From Fusobacteriota bacterium (GTDB taxonomy: Bacteria; Fusobacteriota; Fusobacteriia; Fusobacteriales; JBNJFI01): DNA of 44,163 bases. Location: NCBI GenBank assembly GCA_051746725.1, contig JBNJFI010000008.1, positions 1-44,163 of the forward strand, in the 5' to 3' direction. Below, piece after piece: positions 38,755-44,163 of this stretch. Within the stretch, counting starts at the first letter, position 1; the number at the start of each line of letters is the position of its first letter. The notes beneath the pieces were generated by a model. It was not told the origin of the DNA, did not search any database, and saw only the letters and a program-made list of their open reading frames with translations. A program made the translations under genes and the position numbers.

Positions 38755-39420
38755 ATGGAGTTAAACAAATATATAGATCATACAATATTGAAGGCAGTAA
38801 CAACAGAAAAAGATATAAAAAAGATATGTTCTGAGGCAAAAGAATACGATTTTTTTTCTGTATGCGTAAATAGTTGTTATGCAAACTTGGTATCAAAAGA
38901 ATTAAAGGAAAGCAATGTAAAAACATGTTCTGTAGTTGGATTTCCCTTGGGAGCTATGACAATGGAGGCTAAAATATTTGAAGCTAAAGATGCGGTAATA
39001 AATGGTGCCGATGAGATTGATATGGTAATTAATATAGGAAAATTGAAATCTGGAGATACAGAGTACGTTAAAAAAGAGATTGCTGAAATCAAAAAAGCAA
39101 TTGGAAAAAAAACACTAAAAGTAATTTTAGAAACATGTTATTTAACTGATGAAGAAAAGACATTGGTAAGTAAATTATCAGTTGAAGCTAAAGCTGATTT
39201 TGTTAAAACATCTACTGGTTTTGGTACTGGAGGAGCAACTTTTAAAGATGTTAAACTTATGAAAGCAGCAGTTAATGGAAAAGCGAAGATAAAGGCTTCC
39301 GGTGGAATTAGAGACTTTGAAACAGCTAAAAAATATATTGATTTAGGGGTTTCTAGAATTGGAGCAAGTAGTGGAATAAAAATAATTAATGGTGAAAAGG
39401 TAGCAGAAGGAGAATATTAA
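38755..39420 (+). CDS. deoC: Deoxyribose-phosphate aldolase
   Basis: IDHTIL, VGFPLG, EIDMVIN, KVILET, FVKTSTGF, KASGGIR, RIGASSG. Confidence 0.98.
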   Translation: MELNKYIDHTILKAVTTEKDIKKICSEAKEYDFFSVCVNSCYANLVSKELKESNVKTCSVVGFPLGAMTMEAKIFEAKDAVINGADEIDMVINIGKLKSGDTEYVKKEIAEIKKAIGKKTLKVILETCYLTDEEKTLVSKLSVEAKADFVKTSTGFGTGGATFKDVKLMKAAVNGKAKIKASGGIRDFETAKKYIDLGVSRIGASSGIKIINGEKVAEGEY

Positions 39421-39516
39421 AAAAATAAGTAAACACAATAAGTGTTGGGGTGGGTAACTATTCAAGGGAGCTAGTAAAAACTAGTTGGATGGTATATTTA
39501 TAATAGGGAGGAAACC

Positions 39517-40002
39517 ATGCCAAAAAATGAAATAATTTATAAAGAGCCAGCTAATATTTTTGTTGCCAAATATATAGGTAAACCAGAAATAAATATTACA
39601 GAAGCTTTTTTGATAAGAAAAAAAAATAAATCTTATATTAAACTATCAGAAGATGTAAAATTTCGGATATCTCCTAATAGAGAAAAATGGCTAAAAGGAT
39701 ATGATAAGAAAAATATATATTTTGGAATTAGATCAGAAGATATAATTGAAATTAATAATACCTCTGGTTTTAGAGATAATCATCATTTTATTGCTGAAAA
39801 AAAAGGTGAAACTAAAATTAATTCAAAAAAATATGATTTCCTTGAAATTGCTGGGTCAAAGTTTATAGCTGAGCAGAAAAGAAAGGCAAAAGTTGGAGAC
39901 AATATAAAAGTTAGTTTTAATATGGATAAATGTCATATATTTGACAAGAAAACAGAAGAAAATGTTGCTAGGAATTTGAAATTAATTCATTTTACAAAAT
40001 GA
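39517..40002 (+). CDS. Stand-alone C-terminal (OB/TOBE) domain of a MalK/MsmX-type sugar ABC ATPase, with no ATPase domain; possibly a gene remnant
   Basis: IYKEPANIFVAKYIGKPEIN, FGIRSEDI and VSFNMDKCHIFDKKTEEN match the post-NBD part of MalK-type proteins; own RBS AGGGAGG; upstream frame closed by stops. Confidence 0.7.
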   Translation: MPKNEIIYKEPANIFVAKYIGKPEINITEAFLIRKKNKSYIKLSEDVKFRISPNREKWLKGYDKKNIYFGIRSEDIIEINNTSGFRDNHHFIAEKKGETKINSKKYDFLEIAGSKFIAEQKRKAKVGDNIKVSFNMDKCHIFDKKTEENVARNLKLIHFTK

Positions 40003-40026
40003 TAATCTTATATAAAAGGAGAGAAT

Positions 40027-41169
40027 ATGACGGATATAAATAGAGTTACTTTAATTGTACTGGATAGTGCTGGAGTCGGAGCGTTACCAGATGCCGATAA
40101 ATATGGAGATATCGGTTCTAACACTATAGGACATATAGGTGATAAGTTAGGATTGGACCTGCCAAATATGGAAAAGATGGGGTTGGGAAACATTATAGAT
40201 ATAGGTGGAGTCAAAAAAGTTAGTAATCCCACTGCTCTATACGGAAAAGCAGCAGAAAAATCTAAAGGAAAAGATACTACAACTGGACACTGGGAAATTG
40301 CTGGGATTATCTTAGATGAACCTTTTCCTACTTATCCAAATGGATTTCCTGAAGAGATAATAAATGAATTTAAAAAAAAGACTGGAAAAGGTGTTCTAGG
40401 AAATAAAGTAGCATCTGGAACAGTAATTATAAACGAATTAGGAGATAAACATGTTGAAACTGGAGATTTAATTGTCTATACTTCTGCTGATTCAGTATTT
40501 CAGATAGCAGCTCATGAAGAAGTAGTTCCTGTAAAAAAATTATATGAGTATTGTGAAATAGCGCGAGAAATGTTAGATGTTGGTAGAGTTATAGCAAGAC
40601 CATTTATAGGAAAAAATGGAGATTATACAAGAACAGCGAACAGACATGATTATTCTATAGAGCCTACTTCGAAAACTATGATGGATAAAATAGTTGAAAA
40701 TAACCTAGATGTTCTTGCAGTTGGAAAGATAAGAGATATTTTTGCAGGGCATGGTGTAACTGACTATGTAAAAACTAAAAATAATATGGATGGAGTAGAT
40801 AAAACTTTAGAGTATATGAAGAGCAAAAAAGATGGATTGATTTTTAGTAATTTAGTTGATTTTGATATGCTTTATGGACATAGACGAAATGTAAGAGGAT
40901 ATAAAGAATCTTTAGAAAATTTTGATAAAAGGCTACCAGAAATATTAGATGCTATGCGAGATGACGAGGTTTTAATTATTACTGCTGATCATGGTTGTGA
41001 TCCTACATTTAAAGGAACAGATCACACAAGGGAGTATATTCCCATTTTAGCATATGGAAAAAATATAGGTAGTGGCGATATTGGAAAAAGAGACAGTTTT
41101 TCTGATATATCAGAAACAATAGAATATCTTCTGTTAGAAAAGAAGACGGATAAGAGTTTTATTAAATAA
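40027..41169 (+). CDS. deoB: Phosphopentomutase
   Basis: VLDSAGVG, GKDTTTGHWE, YTSADSVFQIAAHE, RVIARPF, DMLYGHRR, TADHGCDP, DHTREY. Confidence 0.97.
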   Translation: MTDINRVTLIVLDSAGVGALPDADKYGDIGSNTIGHIGDKLGLDLPNMEKMGLGNIIDIGGVKKVSNPTALYGKAAEKSKGKDTTTGHWEIAGIILDEPFPTYPNGFPEEIINEFKKKTGKGVLGNKVASGTVIINELGDKHVETGDLIVYTSADSVFQIAAHEEVVPVKKLYEYCEIAREMLDVGRVIARPFIGKNGDYTRTANRHDYSIEPTSKTMMDKIVENNLDVLAVGKIRDIFAGHGVTDYVKTKNNMDGVDKTLEYMKSKKDGLIFSNLVDFDMLYGHRRNVRGYKESLENFDKRLPEILDAMRDDEVLIITADHGCDPTFKGTDHTREYIPILAYGKNIGSGDIGKRDSFSDISETIEYLLLEKKTDKSFIK

Positions 41170-41190
41170 TATATTTTATAAGGAGGATTT

Positions 41191-41889
41191 ATGAGTATTC
41201 ATATCGAAGCAAAAAAGGGTGAGATCGCAAAAACAGTATTGTTACCAGGGGATCCTTTACGGGCAAAATTTATTGCAGAAACTTTTTTGGAAGATGTAAA
41301 AAAATATAATAATGTAAGGGGTATGTATGGATATACAGGAACTTTTAATGGGAAAAGGGTTTCTGTTCAAGGAACAGGAATGGGAATACCATCGATATCT
41401 ATATATGCAACTGAATTAATACAGGATTACGGGGTAGAAAATCTTATAAGAATAGGAAGTTGTGGTTCAATTACAAAAAAGGTAGAGATCCGAGATATAA
41501 TATTAGCAATGAGTAGTTCAACGGATTCTAGAATAAATCAAGTTAGGTTTAAAGATATTGACTTTGCTCCCACTGCAGACTTTGGTTTACTCAAAAAAGC
41601 TTATGATATAGCTATCAAAAAAGATATAAGTCCTAAAGTAGGAAGTGTTTTTACTAGTGATACTTTCTATCGAGATAATTTTGATGATTATAAAAAATGG
41701 GCAGAATTTGGGATATTAGCTGTGGAAATGGAGACTGCTGGATTATATACTTTAGCAGCTAAACATGGTGTTAATGCCTTAGCTATTTTAACTGTAAGTG
41801 ATAGTTTAGTTACAGGAGAAGCAACGAGCTCAAAAGAACGTGAGACTACTTTTACTCAGATGATGGAAGTGGCTCTTGAATTAGCATAG
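41191..41889 (+). CDS. deoD: Purine-nucleoside phosphorylase, hexameric
   Basis: [31 protein letters not shown]. Confidence 0.97.
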   Translation: MSIHIEAKKGEIAKTVLLPGDPLRAKFIAETFLEDVKKYNNVRGMYGYTGTFNGKRVSVQGTGMGIPSISIYATELIQDYGVENLIRIGSCGSITKKVEIRDIILAMSSSTDSRINQVRFKDIDFAPTADFGLLKKAYDIAIKKDISPKVGSVFTSDTFYRDNFDDYKKWAEFGILAVEMETAGLYTLAAKHGVNALAILTVSDSLVTGEATSSKERETTFTQMMEVALELA

Positions 41890-41918
41890 ATAAAAAATAA
41901 AGAGAGGATTTGATAATA

Positions 41919-42311
41919 ATGGAAAAAAATAAAATCCTAGAACTTATAGATAAAACAATAAAAATACGAGAAAGGGCCTATGCCGAATATTCTAATTTTA
42001 AAGTAGGAGCTCTTATAATAAGTGATAAAGACAAAGAATACAGTGGAGTTAATGTCGAAAATCAATCGTATGGATTAAGTATGTGTGCAGAAAGAAATGC
42101 TATATTTTCAGGTATAACCAATGGAATGAAGAAGATAAAACTCATAGTTGTAGTTGGCGACACAAAGGAACCGATAACTCCTTGCGGAGCTTGTAGACAA
42201 GTCATGTCGGAATTTTCAGATAAGGATACCAAGGTGATTATGAGTAATCTCAAAAAAGAATATAAAATTGTAAGCATGAAAGATCTATTGCCATTTGCTT
42301 TTAAATTATAA
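41919..42311 (+). CDS. cdd: Cytidine deaminase (tetrameric type)
   Basis: YSNFKVGA, NVENQSYG, CAERNA, PCGACRQ; ATG 41919 preferred over TTG 41910. Confidence 0.95.
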   Translation: MEKNKILELIDKTIKIRERAYAEYSNFKVGALIISDKDKEYSGVNVENQSYGLSMCAERNAIFSGITNGMKKIKLIVVVGDTKEPITPCGACRQVMSEFSDKDTKVIMSNLKKEYKIVSMKDLLPFAFKL

Positions 42312-42345
42312 AAAAGAGAGGGATCCCTCTCTTTTTTATAATTTA
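42302..42345. terminator. 44-bp perfect palindrome, probable terminator of the nucleoside cluster
   Basis: TAAATTATAAAAAAGAGAGGGA|TCCCTCTCTTTTTTATAATTTA overlapping the cdd stop. Confidence 0.85.
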
Positions 42346-42463
42346 TCTAAGAAATTATGTTTAAAAAATGCAAAATACTTCTGTAGAAAAATTATTATAA
42401 ATTAATTTAAATAAAAATAGACTTTTAAAATCTTATATGCTAAAATAAATCAGAGGTGATAAA

Positions 42464-43342
42464 GTGGAAATTTTTAAGTTTAATATGGAGAGTGAAGCAA
42501 TTTATAATTTTTTACTATCTGCAGGAGTTTTGTTTTTTAATTACATGATAGCTACTGGTTTAATAAAATTAATAAATAAAAAAGTTAAAGATGCCAAAAT
42601 AAGACATAAGTCTAGAACTTGGATATATTATATTTTCATAGGATTATCTGTAGTAATTATATTTTTAATCTGGTTTAAAAAAGATATATCAATATCAACT
42701 TTTTTGGGGTTCTTATCTGCCGGGATAGCTCTAGCACTACATCAAGTTTTATTAAATATAGCAGGATGGTTAGTTATAATTTTTCAAAAACCATTTAATC
42801 TTGGAGACCGAATAGAATTTAGTAATACCAGGGGAGATGTAATAGATATAAATATGTTTTTTACAACACTTTTAGAAGTTGGAAATTGGGTTGATGGAAA
42901 TCAAAGTACTGGGCGTGTAGTTCATATACCAAATGGAGAGGTATTTAAAAGTCAACAATTTAATTATACCACTGGATTTAATGGTATGTGGAATGAAAGT
43001 AAATTTATAGTTTCGCTTACTAGTGATTGGGAAAAAGCTGAATCAATTATAATTGAAACTGCAAAACAAGAAAAAGAGCATGATTTAGAAGATCGAGTAC
43101 AAACTGAAATGGAAAAAATGGGGAAAAGCTATATGATAAAATTAGGGAAATTAACTCCGATTACTTATATAGATATAGAAGAATATGGGATATCAATTAC
43201 ACTTAGATACATGACTTCTGTTAGAAAACAAAGAGAAATAAAAAATAAAATAATAAGAAAAGTTTTAACTAACTTTTTATCAGATCCAAAAATCGAAATA
43301 GCATATCCGACGCAAACTATTTTCAAAAAAGATATTAATTAA
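42464..43342 (+). CDS. MscS-family mechanosensitive channel (second paralog)
   Basis: SAGIALAL, KPFNLGDRIE, GDVIDI, QSTGRVVHIPN, IAYPT; GTG start behind GAGGTG. Confidence 0.9.
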   Translation: MEIFKFNMESEAIYNFLLSAGVLFFNYMIATGLIKLINKKVKDAKIRHKSRTWIYYIFIGLSVVIIFLIWFKKDISISTFLGFLSAGIALALHQVLLNIAGWLVIIFQKPFNLGDRIEFSNTRGDVIDINMFFTTLLEVGNWVDGNQSTGRVVHIPNGEVFKSQQFNYTTGFNGMWNESKFIVSLTSDWEKAESIIIETAKQEKEHDLEDRVQTEMEKMGKSYMIKLGKLTPITYIDIEEYGISITLRYMTSVRKQREIKNKIIRKVLTNFLSDPKIEIAYPTQTIFKKDIN

Positions 43343-43372
43343 AAGTAAATTTTAATGTAAATATATTATATG

Positions 43373-43414
43373 AGGAGAAGTATGAGTTAATAAACTTGTA
43401 AATTCTCCTTTTTT
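43373..43414 (+). terminator. Probable terminator after the second MscS gene
   Basis: AGGAGAA...TATGAGTT-AATA-AACTTGTA...TTCTCCT followed by a T-run. Confidence 0.55.
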
Positions 43415-43478
43415 GAATGATTCAAATAAAAATTTATTTACGAATTTATCTAAGAAAAAGCTATAAAGGAGAAAATTA

Positions 43479-44030
43479 ATGAGAAATATAAAAAAACATT
43501 TAAAAGATATATTATCTAAGAAAAGATATAATCATACTATAGCAGTTGCTGAAGTTGCAAAAAAGATGGCTAAAATATATGAGGTTGATGAAAAAAAAGT
43601 AGAACAGGCAGCCTTATTACATGATTGTGCTAAAAACTTTAGTTTAGAAAAAATGCTAAGACTAATAAATAGAGAAGATGAATTAACTCCTCAAATGAAA
43701 AAACTACCTGAAATTTTACATGGGTTTGCAGGAATGATATATGCTAGAAATATTTTTAGAATAGAAGACAAAGAAATATTAAATGCTATAAAATATCATA
43801 CTATAGGAAGAAAAAATATGGGATTATTGGAAAAAATTATTTATATTGCTGATGTCATTGAACCAAGTCGAAAGTGTAAAAATGTAGATAAGGTTAGAAA
43901 ACTGGCGTATAAAGATCTGGATCTGGCAATATTACAGGAAGTTGAAAACAAGATAGGCTTTTTACTGTCAAAAAAGAGGATCATTCATATAAATACTATT
44001 AAGATGAGAAATCAGATTTTGATGGAATAA
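43479..44030 (+). CDS. yqeK: HD-domain symmetrical Ap4A hydrolase (YqeK family)
   Basis: RYNHT, ALLHDCAK, LHGFAG, AIKYHTIG, KIIYIADVIEPSR. Confidence 0.9.
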   Translation: MRNIKKHLKDILSKKRYNHTIAVAEVAKKMAKIYEVDEKKVEQAALLHDCAKNFSLEKMLRLINREDELTPQMKKLPEILHGFAGMIYARNIFRIEDKEILNAIKYHTIGRKNMGLLEKIIYIADVIEPSRKCKNVDKVRKLAYKDLDLAILQEVENKIGFLLSKKRIIHINTIKMRNQILME

Positions 44031-44101
44031 AAATAAATTTTAAGTCATTGATATAATAGATATTATAGGAAGTTGCAAAACTAAAAAGATAAAATATAAA
44101 G

Positions 44102-44122
44102 TTTTCCACAGATTTATTAACA
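44102..44122 (+). promoter_or_regulatory. Two tandem DnaA-box-like 9-mers
   Basis: TTTTCCACA (fits TTWTNCACA) and TTATTAACA (one mismatch), same orientation, 3 nt apart. Confidence 0.45.
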
Positions 44123-44163
44123 GAATTAGTTTTGGGTGATGCGGGCGAAGGCCCTTCGCCCTT

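Noticed and set aside
43372..43390. GAGGAG followed by ATG-AGT-TAA mini-ORF (possible leader peptide)
   Set aside because: Two codons only, and the sequence is explained as the left arm of a terminator hairpin.

Overview
AT-rich (roughly 25-30% GC by eye), gene-dense chromosomal segment of a diderm bacterium. WaaA together with RNase Y, YmdB, YqeK, a BMP/Nup nucleoside ABC transporter and a JAB-DinG fusion suggests Fusobacteriota (inference). Almost all genes are on the + strand. In order: lgt; an unannotated 45-aa ORF; a lipoprotein/RsbW-like kinase/STAS/TPR partner-switching cluster with no sigma factor or phosphatase in the window; rny, ymdB, acyP, surE, nadB, prmA, cmk; a polysaccharide deacetylase; TraB; MntP-like; an orphan RACo-like ASKHA protein; HU; a DMT transporter, waaA, purA; a chromate transporter pair; MscS; a CHASE4-PAS-GGDEF cyclase; rpsT; JAB-DinG; DjlA; an EAL phosphodiesterase; a ~13-kb LacI-headed nucleoside uptake and catabolism cluster; a second MscS; yqeK. 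I saw no rRNA, tRNA, CRISPR array, transposase or phage gene. Most of the window is housekeeping. The best leads are: (i) two matching LacI-type operators between the nucleoside cluster and the divergent c-di-GMP phosphodiesterase; (ii) two unexplained passengers in that cluster, a 3-TM/GNAT-like fusion and a stand-alone MalK C-terminal domain behind a structured G-rich leader; (iii) the orphan partner-switching module; (iv) an IHF-like site plus tandem DnaA-box-like motifs at the right edge. All calls come from reading motifs by eye, with no database search.
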